Assembly: GCA_016192455.1 (NCBI GenBank)
Contig: JACPUC010000021.1
Location: forward strand, 1-64,000
Direction of reading: 5' to 3'
DNA from: Candidatus Tectimicrobiota bacterium
GTDB lineage: Bacteria > JACPUC01
Length of the DNA stretch: 64,000 nt
The notes below the pieces were generated by a model that saw only the letters and a program-made list of their open reading frames with translations, searched no databases and was not told the DNA's origin. This document shows positions 19,436-29,349 of the stretch, piece by piece; positions within the stretch are counted from its first letter, which is position 1; the number at the start of each line of letters is the position of its first letter. Made by a program: the position numbers and the translations under genes.

Positions 19436-19965
19436 CCCATGGGCGCGCCGCCCGCCCGGGAAGGGATGAAAATGGGGTTTAGAAGGGGCAACCGTCTCTC
19501 ATGTCGAAGGGTTCGGCGCCCTGGCTGGGTGTAGGGGCGCCGCTTGCTGCGCCCCAGCGTCGCGGCTCATCGGGGGCGACTCGGAGGGCGGGGCAAGCCC
19601 CGCCCCTACAGTTCTGAATATCCCGTCCGCTGTGACCCGCACGCTGGCAAACCTGCAAGGTCGTGACATCAACCACGTAGACGCTTATTTTCGAGGCAGC
19701 AGGCACTCGTAGGGGCGGTTCGCGAACCGCCCCTACCATCGGGGTGCAAGGAACCACAGATGAACACGGATGGACACTGATATCTGTGTGCCTCCGTGTC
19801 CATCAGCGGTTCCTTCCCCTGCCTTCTCCGCGCCCTCTGCGTCTCCGCGGTGTAATTTATTGAACCGCGGAGACGTAGAGAGCGCCGAGCTGGAGGAGAC
19901 CGGCCGCATGCACGTCAGCCTCATCATCACGTAAAATCAACCGCTTCGACGCTTATTTTCGAGAC
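19436..19965. repeat. Composite palindromic repeat block (copy B, inverted relative to copy A)
   Basis: Reverse complement of the 1695-2071 modules. Contains an exact 16-bp direct repeat gacgcttattttcgag (19680-19695 and 19948-19963) and the REP at 19709-19736. Confidence 0.85.
19530..19610. repeat. REP doublet (REPIN-like)
   Basis: tGTAGGGGCGccgcttgctgcgcccc ... gggcggggcaagccccgCCCCTACa: two inverted GTAG-type REPs separated by a spacer. Confidence 0.8.
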
Positions 19966-20026
19966 GGGGGAGGAGCATGCGGCCCAGAGCCGCGCGGCGA
20001 ACGAACCGGCGGAGCGCGCCGCGTCA

Positions 20027-20791
20027 TCAGTACAGATCGGAGCCGCCGTTCACCGCGATCATCTGCCCCGTGATGAAGTCGCTGGCCGGAGAGGCCAGGA
20101 AGAGGATGGTGCCGACGACATCCGCCGGATACTGCGTCCGCCGCAGGCAGCGGCTGCGGACCGTGGGGTCCGCGGTTTCGTTGTACTCCGGCGGCGGTGG
20201 CGTGGTGTAGGTCAACCCCGGCGCCACCGAGTTGACGCAGATGCCGAACGGCCCCACCTCGCGCGCCAGGGCGCGGGTGAACGCCACCACGCCGCCTTTC
20301 GAGGTGGCGTAGTGCAGGAAGTTCGGCGGCTTGCCGGAGAAGAAGCTGTTCGAGGCGAAGTTGACGATCTTGCCCTTGCCCTGCCGCCGCATGTAGGGGA
20401 AGACCGCCTTCACGCACAGGAACGGCCCGCGCACGTTCACCGCCATGATGCGGTCCCACTCCGCCTCGTCAATCTCCCAGAAGGGCTTGCGGGCAAGCTG
20501 GGCGCCGACGATGCCGGCGATGTTGAGGAGGATATCGATGCGCCCGTAACGCGCGACGGTGGCCTCGGCCATCGCCTGGGTGCTCCGGCCCTGCGCGACG
20601 TCCGTGCGCAAGGGCAGCGCCTCGCCCCCCGCCGTGACGATCGCCTCGGCGGTGTCACCGCAGTCCAGGATGTCCGCCAGGGCGATCTTCACCCCCTCGC
20701 GGCTCAAGCGCAGCGCGCAGGCCCGGCCGATCCCCCGCGCCCCTCCCGTCACGATCGCCACCTTGCCAGCGAGACCGCCCACCATCGGCAT
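20027..20791 (-). CDS. Short-chain dehydrogenase/reductase
   Basis: TGGARGIG, NIAG, YATSK catalytic motif, VNSVAPG and FITGQ.I.VNGG. Confidence 0.93.
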   Translation of the reverse strand: MPMVGGLAGKVAIVTGGARGIGRACALRLSREGVKIALADILDCGDTAEAIVTAGGEALPLRTDVAQGRSTQAMAEATVARYGRIDILLNIAGIVGAQLARKPFWEIDEAEWDRIMAVNVRGPFLCVKAVFPYMRRQGKGKIVNFASNSFFSGKPPNFLHYATSKGGVVAFTRALAREVGPFGICVNSVAPGLTYTTPPPPEYNETADPTVRSRCLRRTQYPADVVGTILFLASPASDFITGQMIAVNGGSDLY

Positions 20792-20943
20792 TCTTCCTGA
20801 TCATCCGCCTTGCGGTGCGGCCTGCGAACGGGAGCGCCTCGCGGCGCCGACGCGCCGACACGCTAGCACGGCCGCACCTGCGCGCGGGTGGTGAACCAGC
20901 ACCCCGCGCGCGACACGAGCGGCAGTGTTCCCCTGGCGCCGGC

Positions 20944-21909
20944 TCAGCCCGCGAAGCGCGGCATGAGCTCCCGCATGCAGAGCTTGAGCTGCGCGAACTG
21001 ATCCTTGGCGGCGAAGCGCACGATGACGCGCTTCACGCCCAGATCGATGTACTCCTGCAGCACCTTGGCGCACTCGTCGGGGGTGCCGAAGATGGTCACC
21101 TGCTGCGTGGCGATCATGTCGCGCGGCTGGTAGTAGTAGTTCTCCATGTACCGCCAGCCGTCCTCGCGCGCCGCCTCGCCGTTCGCGTTCAGGTTGAAGC
21201 TGGCGTAGAAGGTCGGCTCGATGGCCTCCCCGTCCCGGCCGATGGCAGCGGAGAAGGCGATGAGTTTGTCGCGGCAGATTTTGAAGACCTCCGAGGTGAT
21301 CGCGTTCGTCATCCAGGCATCCCCCAGGGCCGCCACCCGGCGCAAGCCGCTGTCGACGTTGTTGCTCGCCATGAGGATGGGGATGCCGGGCTTCTGGATC
21401 GGCTTCGGCAGGACGCCGATCTCCTCGAAGGAGTAGTACTTGCCGGAGTAGGCGACCTTCTCCTCGCGCCAGAGCATGCGGAGAATCTTGATCACCTCGT
21501 TCATGCGCCCCGCCTTCTGCTCGACGGGCACGCCGCAGGCGCGGAACTCGCGGTCGATGAGGGTCGTGCGGCGCGCCACCCCCATCCCCAGGATGATGCG
21601 GCCGCCGGAGAGCACGTCGAGATTGGCGGTGGCCTGCGCCAGCAGCACCGGGTTGCGCAGCGCGGGGAGAAGCACGGAGGTGCCGAGCTTCACCCGCCGG
21701 GTCTTCGCCGCCAGGGCGCCGAGCGTCGTCAGGCACTCCATGCGCGGCTTGGCGATGACGCTGTCGCCGATCCAGAGGTGCTGGAAGCCCAGCTCCTCGA
21801 CCGCGGCCGCCAAGTCCCACAGCTCGCCGACATTGGGGGCCTGCGGGTTCTCGAGGAGCAGACCCCGGGTGGGGAGCAAAAAGCCGAACTCGATCGCCTT
21901 CCTCGTCAT
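20944..21909 (-). CDS. LLM-class flavin/F420-dependent oxidoreductase
   Basis: EELGF..LWIGDS, T.RVKLGTSVL, RNPVLLA, LDVLSGGRIILG.G and PKPIQKP motifs. Start trimmed to MTRKAIEFG. Confidence 0.9.
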   Translation of the reverse strand: MTRKAIEFGFLLPTRGLLLENPQAPNVGELWDLAAAVEELGFQHLWIGDSVIAKPRMECLTTLGALAAKTRRVKLGTSVLLPALRNPVLLAQATANLDVLSGGRIILGMGVARRTTLIDREFRACGVPVEQKAGRMNEVIKILRMLWREEKVAYSGKYYSFEEIGVLPKPIQKPGIPILMASNNVDSGLRRVAALGDAWMTNAITSEVFKICRDKLIAFSAAIGRDGEAIEPTFYASFNLNANGEAAREDGWRYMENYYYQPRDMIATQQVTIFGTPDECAKVLQEYIDLGVKRVIVRFAAKDQFAQLKLCMRELMPRFAG

Positions 21910-22570
21910 GTGCGTTCCCTTCTGCGATGTTGGAGCAGGCTCGCGCCCGAGTTGATCCTGGTGGGTGCTCGTGTTCGGCGCTTCCTCCAGCCGCTCCGGC
22001 CGCCGAGCCCCGGGGTGGCGGCCGGCGCCCGCGGGCCCGATTCCTTGCCGCGTCCCCGCGCCGCCCAAACGCTCCTCCTCGCCGCGCAGAAGAATGCCTT
22101 CGAGAACGCCTCACCCCTCGAGGCGCCGGGCTTGAAAACGCTCCTCATCACCCTTGCGCAGATGGGCTTGACCAAGTACTCTGCTTCAAGGTAGTTTCCT
22201 CTGAGCGAGCGCGTTTATCAAGCTAAAAGCTGCACGGGTGGTGGGTTTGCCCACATGGCGCCTTGTCTTCCCGAGGCGCGGTGCGGAGGGGCGCCTCTCG
22301 GAAAGCGCTGTGTCAGCGCGGTCAACCCGCCGCAGCGCCACGGCCAAGCGCCGCGCAAGAGCGCTGGCGCAGTCTCAGGAAGCCCGACATCACGGGCCGG
22401 CGCCGAGGCGTCGGCCAGAGAGTTTGGGGCAAGGGGCCGTCCGCGGTGCGACGCGCGGCTCCAACGGAGAGGTCTCTGGCGCCTGCGGCTCGAGCCGGCG
22501 GTGAGGGGTTCGATGAACGCGGTGGAGGAGCAGCGGCAGCGACTCTCCGGCTGCTGTCACCAACTCGCAG

Positions 22571-23617
22571 GTGGGGGATGCCATGAGATGCAGGAAGAAC
22601 TTCGCGCAGCTACGGATCGTCCTTCTTGGGTTGGCGCTCCTCGTGGGCTTGCTCGGCGTCCTGCTGGCGGCGGCGAAGGTGAGCGCCGAAGCGGTGAAAA
22701 TCCGCCTCGGCCACGGCGAAGCACCCAATGACATCACCGCGATCGTCTTCCTCAACAAGCAGGTGCTGAAGCACGCGGGCACGTCCTACGTCGTCGACCC
22801 CATCCACTTCCGCGCTCCCCCCGCTACCTTCCCGGCGCTGGCGGCGAAAGAGCTGGACCTGACGTACATGTCCTTTCCAGGTTTCGCCTCGCTGGTCGGC
22901 AAGGCGAAGCTGGACGTGAAGATCGTCGCCGACATCATGGGCTATGCGGACGCGGAAGGGTCGCACTCCTGGGTGGTGCGCGAGGACTCGCCGATCAAGA
23001 AGCTTGAGGACCTGCGCGGCAAGACCCTCGGCACCAACGCCCTCGGCACCGGCATCGACTTCGCCGCCCGCAACCTCCTGCGCAAACACGGCCTCGAGTA
23101 CCCGAAAGATTACCAGTTCATCGAGGTCAATTTCCCAAACCAGGAGGTCATGGTGCGGGAGGGCAAGATCGACGTCGGCGTGTTGCTCATCCCCCTCTGG
23201 CATCGGGCCAAGGCCAAGGGAGGCCTGCGGCGGCTCTTCACCTCCTTTGACGGCACCGGCCGGACGCAGCAGCTCAGCCTCATCGCCCGCACGGAGTTCC
23301 TCACCCAGCACCGTCAGGCCATGCAGGACTTCATCGATGACTGGCTGCGCTCCGTGCGCTGGTATCTCGATCCCAAGAACCGCGACGAGGCCATCCGCAT
23401 CACCTCTCGGTTCACGAAGATCCCCGAGGCAGCCTTCAAGGCCTGGGCGTTCGGACCGGGTGATGTCTATCGCGACCCCGACGGCTTCCCCGACCTCCTG
23501 GCACTGCAAAAGAACCTCGATGATCTCTACAGCCTGGGGATGACGACGTTCCAGGTTGACGTCCTGAAGCACGTGGACCTGAGCTTCGTGCGCAGCGCGC
23601 GGATGAGACTGAAGTAA
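22571..23617 (+). CDS. NitT/TauT (SsuA/THI5-like) ABC substrate-binding protein
   Basis: Signal peptide, VREDSPIKKLEDLRGKTLG.N..G and GKIDVG motifs. Start is 22571 or 22583. Confidence 0.88.
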   Translation: MGDAMRCRKNFAQLRIVLLGLALLVGLLGVLLAAAKVSAEAVKIRLGHGEAPNDITAIVFLNKQVLKHAGTSYVVDPIHFRAPPATFPALAAKELDLTYMSFPGFASLVGKAKLDVKIVADIMGYADAEGSHSWVVREDSPIKKLEDLRGKTLGTNALGTGIDFAARNLLRKHGLEYPKDYQFIEVNFPNQEVMVREGKIDVGVLLIPLWHRAKAKGGLRRLFTSFDGTGRTQQLSLIARTEFLTQHRQAMQDFIDDWLRSVRWYLDPKNRDEAIRITSRFTKIPEAAFKAWAFGPGDVYRDPDGFPDLLALQKNLDDLYSLGMTTFQVDVLKHVDLSFVRSARMRLK

Positions 23618-23846
23618 GTTTCTTCGTCCAGAGGCAGAGGGCAGGCAGGCCGGGGGCGTTCCATCCGCTCGCACCCATGAGGTCCGCCCCGCCCCGGGTT
23701 CTCTGCCTGGCGCTCGCCGGGCTCGCCTCGACCACGATCGCCTCACGGCCAGGTGCGACTGACTCCGCTTCGTCCGCCCTGCCATCCCCCGCCCTGCCGA
23801 GGGACTGGGCTGGAGGGGCACGGAATCGTTGTCGCGGAGGCGGGCG

Positions 23847-24728
23847 GTGCAGAACACGCGCTTCGACTATTCCCCGATCATCACCCGCCCGCCGCTCCGC
23901 TGGCCCGACGGCGCCCGCCTCGCTGTTTGGGTGGCGACGAATATCGAGTACTTTGAGGTCGATCAGCCGGCGGCCTCGCTGCGGCCCGTCCCCTACCTCC
24001 CGGATGTGGCGAACTATGCTTGGCGCGACTACGGCACGCGGGTCGGCATCTGGCGCATCATGGAGCTGCTGGACCGCTGCGCGGTGCGCAGCAGCGTCAT
24101 GTTGAACTCCCGCGTCTGCCACTCCTACCCGATCATCGTCGAGGAGGCCACAAGGCGCGGCTGGGAGTTCCTGGGGCACGGCATCACCAACTCCCGGCGC
24201 CTGGTGAAGCTGAGCGAGGACGAGGAGCGGGCGGTCATCCACGAGGTGGTGACGACCATTGCAGCGGCCACGGGCATGCCCCCAAAAGGTTGGTTGGGGC
24301 CAGCCATGGCCGAGACGTTCAACACCCCTGACCTCCTCGCCGAAGTGGGTATCGAGTATGTCTGCGACTGGTGCAACGACGATCAACCGTATCCGATGCG
24401 GGTGCGCGCCAATCGCTTGATCTCCGTCCCCTATACGAACGAGCTGAACGATTTGCCGGCCTTCCTCGGCATGGGGGTGTCGGGCGAGCAGTTCCTGCAG
24501 ATGATCCGCGATCAGTTCGACGTTCTCTACCGCGAGGGGGCGCGGAGCGGCCGCGTGCTGTGCCTCTCCCTGCATCCGTTCATCCTCGGTCGTCCCACGC
24601 GCATCAGGTACCTTGAGGAAGCCCTCGATTATATCCTGGGGCACGACGGCGTCTGGTGCACAACCAGCGGCGAGATTGCGGCCTGGTACTACGAGCACTA
24701 CTACGAGGCGCCGCGGCCGCTCGCCTGA
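23847..24728 (+). CDS. Polysaccharide deacetylase family protein (PuuE-like)
   Basis: RPPLRWPDGARLAVW...NIE, WRDYG.RVG.WR, GWLGP, DDQPY, PY..ELND and LHPF..G.P.R. GTG start after ggagg. Confidence 0.88.
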   Translation: MQNTRFDYSPIITRPPLRWPDGARLAVWVATNIEYFEVDQPAASLRPVPYLPDVANYAWRDYGTRVGIWRIMELLDRCAVRSSVMLNSRVCHSYPIIVEEATRRGWEFLGHGITNSRRLVKLSEDEERAVIHEVVTTIAAATGMPPKGWLGPAMAETFNTPDLLAEVGIEYVCDWCNDDQPYPMRVRANRLISVPYTNELNDLPAFLGMGVSGEQFLQMIRDQFDVLYREGARSGRVLCLSLHPFILGRPTRIRYLEEALDYILGHDGVWCTTSGEIAAWYYEHYYEAPRPLA

Positions 24729-24893
24729 CCGCACCTCAGATCGAGGCGGCTGCGGGTGCGGGGTGCGCCGTTGCTCAGTGTGGACTCTGTTCAAGCCGGT
24801 GATGCTGCGCCGCAACGTTCGCTCCGCCCCCCGCGCGGGGGAGGAGCGGGCGCGCGGATCGCCGGCGCAAGCCGCGAGGCGGGAGGACGCATC

Positions 24894-25913
24894 ATGGTGA
24901 GGGCGTGGTTAGGAAGCGGGAGGAGCGTACGGAGCGCGTGGCGGCCTGGTGCTCTTACACGCTGGCTGGGAGGGCTGGCGCTGCTCGGCCTGCTGCTCGG
25001 TCCGCAGGGATCGGCCCTGGCCCAGGCGGGCAAGGCGATCAGCGTCGCCTACATGCCCATTGCGAACTGCTTGCAGTTCTTCGTGGCGCTGGACAAAGGC
25101 TTCTTCACCGAGCAGGGCGTCGAGGCGAAGCGCAAGGTCCTCGCCGGCGGAGCCGTGATTGCGCCGGCCCTGGAAGCGGGCGACGTCCAGGTGGGGTACT
25201 CAAACTCCATCTCGATCATCGCGGCTCACGATCGGGGCTTTGATTTCCAGATCATCACCCCCGCGCCTCTGCATGAGGCGCCCAAGCATGTGTTCAACGG
25301 CTTGCTGGCCGGGGCGAACACCTCGATCACGACGCTGAAGGATCTGGAGGGCAAGCGCGTCGCCATTAACACCCTGGGAAATATCAATGACCTGAACATG
25401 AAGATGATCGCCGCGAAGTACGGCATCGACCTGGCGAAGGTGAAGCTCCTCGAGGTGGACTTCCCGAAGATGGAGCCGGCCCTGCGCAACAACCAGATCG
25501 ACGCGGCCATCCTGACGGAACCGTTCTACACCGTGGTGGCCAAGAATAAGGTGGGCCGCCCCGTGCTGGCGGATACCTTCAGCGCCATTGCGCCGCGCTT
25601 CCTGGTGGCCGTCTGGTTTGCGAAGAAGGCCTGGATGGAGCAGAACGCCGAGCTCGCCGGAAAATTCAGCACAGCCATGAACCGCGCCACCGACTACATC
25701 AATGGGCACATGGGGGAGATGCCCGAGCTGATCTCGCGCTACACGAAGTTAACCGCCGCGCTGGCCAAGGAGATCGGCTGGGCCGGGTTCAGCACGAGCA
25801 TCAAGAAGAGCGACCTGCAGGTCCTCATCGACAGCTCGCAGAAGTACGGGTTCATCAAGAAAACGTTCAACGCCGGAGACATCGTGTCGAAGTTCGTCCC
25901 CGTCACTGAGTAG
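24894..25913 (+). CDS. NitT/TauT ABC substrate-binding protein
   Basis: Signal peptide, FVALDKGFF.EQG, DLEGKRVAIN and IDAAIL.EP motifs. Confidence 0.88.
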   Translation: MVRAWLGSGRSVRSAWRPGALTRWLGGLALLGLLLGPQGSALAQAGKAISVAYMPIANCLQFFVALDKGFFTEQGVEAKRKVLAGGAVIAPALEAGDVQVGYSNSISIIAAHDRGFDFQIITPAPLHEAPKHVFNGLLAGANTSITTLKDLEGKRVAINTLGNINDLNMKMIAAKYGIDLAKVKLLEVDFPKMEPALRNNQIDAAILTEPFYTVVAKNKVGRPVLADTFSAIAPRFLVAVWFAKKAWMEQNAELAGKFSTAMNRATDYINGHMGEMPELISRYTKLTAALAKEIGWAGFSTSIKKSDLQVLIDSSQKYGFIKKTFNAGDIVSKFVPVTE

Positions 25914-26040
25914 GGACGCAGGCGGGCGCGCGACGTTGCGCCTGCTGGGGGCTCGATCCCCTGCGCCCCCGGTCGCCGCGACTGCCGCGCGGGCGCGGGG
26001 TGTCGAAGGTGAGTCGTGCCGCGAAGGAGGAAGCACCGCG

Positions 26041-27735
26041 ATGGCGGAGATGACAGGCGGCGAAGCCCTGATCGCGACCGTGAAGGCGGCGGGGGTCGAA
26101 TATCTCTTCGGCCTGCCGGGAAGCACCTGCATGCACATCCTCGATGCTGTGGTGCAGGAACCGTCATTAAAATTCATCCTGGCGCTGCACGAAGGCAGCC
26201 TCGTGTCGATGGCCGATGGCTACGCGCGCGCCAGCGGCAAGCCGGCGTTCGTCAACATCCACGCCCTGCCGGGAACGGCGAACTCGATCGGCCCGCTCTT
26301 CGACGCCTATCGGGACCGTTCCCCCCTCGTCGTGGTGGCGGGTCAGCAGGATCAGCGGGTGCTCGGCCGGGATTCGCACACCGAGGCGCAGGACCTCACC
26401 GAGCTGCCGCGGCAGTTCACCAAGTGGTCCTGGGAGGTGCCGCGCGCCGACCGCATCCCCGAGGCCCTGGCGCGGGCCTTCAAGGTGGCCACCACGCCGC
26501 CGACGGGCCCGGTCTACCTCTCCATCCCTTCTGACATGCTGGAGGCGCGGCAGGAATACACCATTCCCGACATGACCCGCTACCGCGTCAGCTCGCGGAT
26601 TCCCGGCGACGCCGCGCAGCTTGCCAAGGCGGCGCAGCTCCTCCTGGAGGCGAAGAGGCCGTTCATCGTCGCGGGCAGCGGCGTGCAGACGGAAGACGGC
26701 GTGGACGAGCTGGTGGAGCTGGCCGAGCTGCTCGGCGCGCCGGTGGTCTCGGAGCCCTGGAATTCCTTCCTCGGCTTCGAGCCGGAGCACCCCCTGTTCT
26801 TCGGTGAGTTCGCTCTCGACGCCGCCTACGACGGGCCGCCGGACCTTGTCCTCGGGGTGGCCTGCCGGATGTTCCTCGAGTTCAGCTACACGGCGCGCGC
26901 CAAGCTGCCGCCGGCCGCGCGGGCGATCCACCTCAACGTCGACGCCTGGGAGATCGGCAAAATCTATCCGGTGCAGGTGGGCGTCGTCGCCGACGCGAAG
27001 AGCGCGCTGAGCGCCTTGGTCCGCATCGTCAAGAGCACCATGACGGAGGCGCAGCGCGGCGCCTGCGCGGCCCGCCACGGCCAGGTCGAGCGGGCCTGCC
27101 GGGAGCAGCGCGCCCGACGCGCCGTCGAGCAGCAGGCGGAGCCGGACGCCGTGCCGATCCGTCCCTGGCGCTTGGTCCACGCCCTCAACGAGGTGCTGGG
27201 CGACGACGTCGTCATCGTCCGCGAAGCGCCGACAACCAAGTTCCACCTCATGACCTACTTCCAGTTCAAGCGGCGCGACTCCTTCTTCGGCCAATCGAGC
27301 GGCCATCTCGGCTGGGGCTTCCCGGCCTCCCTCGGCGTGCAGCTCGCGCGGCCGGAGCGCCCGGTTGTCGCCTTCGTCGGCGACGGCTGCTTCATGTTCA
27401 ACCTGCAGGGGTTGTGGACGATGGCGCGCTACCAGCTTCCCGTGCTGGTGATCGTCTGCAACAACCAGACCTACATGTCGGTGAAGTACTCGCTGCACTT
27501 CCGCGCCAAGGGGAAGGCCTCTCAGACGGGGGAGTACCACGGCGTCGATTTCGGCGTGCCGCGCATCGACTACGTGACGGTGGCGGCGGGCTTCGGCATC
27601 CATGCCGAGCGGGTGGAAGACCCCGGCGAGCTGGCGGCAACCGTGAAGCGGCTCGTGGACCTGCGGCGGCCGGCTCTCCTCGACGTGGTCATCGACCCGA
27701 AGGATACCGGCACCTACCGGCCGCGCCTGCCGTAA
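26041..27735 (+). CDS. Thiamine diphosphate-binding protein, benzoylformate decarboxylase-like
   Basis: FGLPGS, LHE..MADGYARA, NIH..PG..N and the GDG...NN ThDP motif. Confidence 0.9.
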   Translation: MAEMTGGEALIATVKAAGVEYLFGLPGSTCMHILDAVVQEPSLKFILALHEGSLVSMADGYARASGKPAFVNIHALPGTANSIGPLFDAYRDRSPLVVVAGQQDQRVLGRDSHTEAQDLTELPRQFTKWSWEVPRADRIPEALARAFKVATTPPTGPVYLSIPSDMLEARQEYTIPDMTRYRVSSRIPGDAAQLAKAAQLLLEAKRPFIVAGSGVQTEDGVDELVELAELLGAPVVSEPWNSFLGFEPEHPLFFGEFALDAAYDGPPDLVLGVACRMFLEFSYTARAKLPPAARAIHLNVDAWEIGKIYPVQVGVVADAKSALSALVRIVKSTMTEAQRGACAARHGQVERACREQRARRAVEQQAEPDAVPIRPWRLVHALNEVLGDDVVIVREAPTTKFHLMTYFQFKRRDSFFGQSSGHLGWGFPASLGVQLARPERPVVAFVGDGCFMFNLQGLWTMARYQLPVLVIVCNNQTYMSVKYSLHFRAKGKASQTGEYHGVDFGVPRIDYVTVAAGFGIHAERVEDPGELAATVKRLVDLRRPALLDVVIDPKDTGTYRPRLP

Positions 27736-27885
27736 GGGGAAGGACGGCAAGCAGTTCCCGGCGCCGAGCAGGTTCTGCCGCCTCCCGACGCCGTGGAGAT
27801 TTCCCTTGGAAGGCCGGCGCGAGCTGCCACGGCTTGGGGCGGCGAGGCGGCGTGAAGCGCAACACAGAGATGAGGGCGGCAAGCG

Positions 27886-29313
27886 ATGTTCGTCAGCCTA
27901 CGTGAGTTCTTGACAGCCCTGGAGAACGACGAGCGGATGCGCGGGCAGCTCTGCCGGGTGGCGACGCCGGTGGACAAGGCGTGGGAGATCGCGGCGGTGA
28001 CGCGCCTGGCGATCCAGCGCTTCCGACGCGAGTGGCGTCCCGCCCTCCTCTTCGAGCGGGTGCGGGGCTACGAGATGCCGGTCGTGGTGGGCGCTCTGTT
28101 CAACCCCACGAAGTACGCCTACGCCCTCGGCTGCTCGCCGGCGGAAATCCTCGAGCGCTGGCTGCAGGCGCTGCGGCGGCCGCTGCAACCTGTCCTCGTC
28201 AGCCAGGGGCCGTGTCAGGAGGTGGTGCGCCAAGGGACGGAGGCGAACTTCTTCGATCTGCCGATTCCGGTCTGGACGCCCGGTTACGACGCGGCCCCCT
28301 ACCTCACCGGGAACTGCGTCATCAGCCGCGACCCGGAGACCGGCGCGCGCAACGTCGGCACCTACCGCATGCAGGTGAAGGGGGAGCGCCGCGCCGGGCT
28401 GGGCCTGCATTCCTTCAACCACGGGCATCAGCACCTGCTGAAGTATGAGAAGCTCGGCCGGCCCATGCCGGTGGCGGTCGCCATCGGCTGCGACCCCAGC
28501 GTGGCCATGACCTCCGTCGCCAAGCTGGAGCTCGGCGACGATGAGCTGGCCCTCGCCGGCGGCTTGCGGGGAGCGCCGGTGGAGCTGGTCCGCTGCCGCA
28601 CCATCGACCTCGAGGCGCCGGCGCATGCCGAGATCATCCTCGAGGGGGAGGTGCCGGCCGGCGTGCGCGAGATCGAGGGACCGTTCGGCGAGATGTCGGG
28701 ATACGTCAGCCCGGCGGCGGAACGGCCCATCTTCGAGCTGAAGTGCATCACCTGCCGCAGCGCGCCCCTCCTGCAGGCCTACGGCAGCCAGAAACCACCG
28801 AGCGAGAGCGCCAACCTGCGCGGCATCGCCAATGCCGCCATGGTGTACCGGACGCTCGTGGAGACGGAGCGCCTGCCCGGCATCCTCGATGTCCACCTCG
28901 CCGACAGCACCTCGGCCCACGGCCACGTGCTCATCAAGATGCAGCCGCGCAGCCGCGACCACGTGCGCCAGGTGCTCGCGGCGGCGCGCCGCCTCGGCCC
29001 GCGCTACGGGAAAATCATCACCGTGGTGGACGAGGATATCGACATCCGCGACGCCGAGGAGGTGGACTGGGCGCACTCCTTCCGCATGCAGCCGGCGCGC
29101 GATGTCGCCATCATCGAGGAGCCGCTGTCCTTCCCGCAGGACCACTCGCTGGCGCCGCCCGGAACCCCTCCGGAGGAGCGGCCCGCAAGTTCGAAGATGA
29201 TCATCGACGCCACGAAGAAATGGCCCTACGAGCCGGTGTCGTTGCCCGAAGCCGAGGCGATGAAGCGCGCCGAGGAGCGCTGGCGGGAGTACGGCATCGG
29301 CGTGGAGGGCTGA
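27886..29313 (+). CDS. UbiD-family (de)carboxylase (second paralog)
   Basis: LREFL, NVGTYR, PAHAEIILEG, EGPFGEM, VVDEDIDI and KMIIDAT motifs. Confidence 0.93.
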   Translation: MFVSLREFLTALENDERMRGQLCRVATPVDKAWEIAAVTRLAIQRFRREWRPALLFERVRGYEMPVVVGALFNPTKYAYALGCSPAEILERWLQALRRPLQPVLVSQGPCQEVVRQGTEANFFDLPIPVWTPGYDAAPYLTGNCVISRDPETGARNVGTYRMQVKGERRAGLGLHSFNHGHQHLLKYEKLGRPMPVAVAIGCDPSVAMTSVAKLELGDDELALAGGLRGAPVELVRCRTIDLEAPAHAEIILEGEVPAGVREIEGPFGEMSGYVSPAAERPIFELKCITCRSAPLLQAYGSQKPPSESANLRGIANAAMVYRTLVETERLPGILDVHLADSTSAHGHVLIKMQPRSRDHVRQVLAAARRLGPRYGKIITVVDEDIDIRDAEEVDWAHSFRMQPARDVAIIEEPLSFPQDHSLAPPGTPPEERPASSKMIIDATKKWPYEPVSLPEAEAMKRAEERWREYGIGVEG

Positions 29314-29349
29314 GGAGCGCGGCGGACGGCGCCCCGCGCGCCTCGCGGC

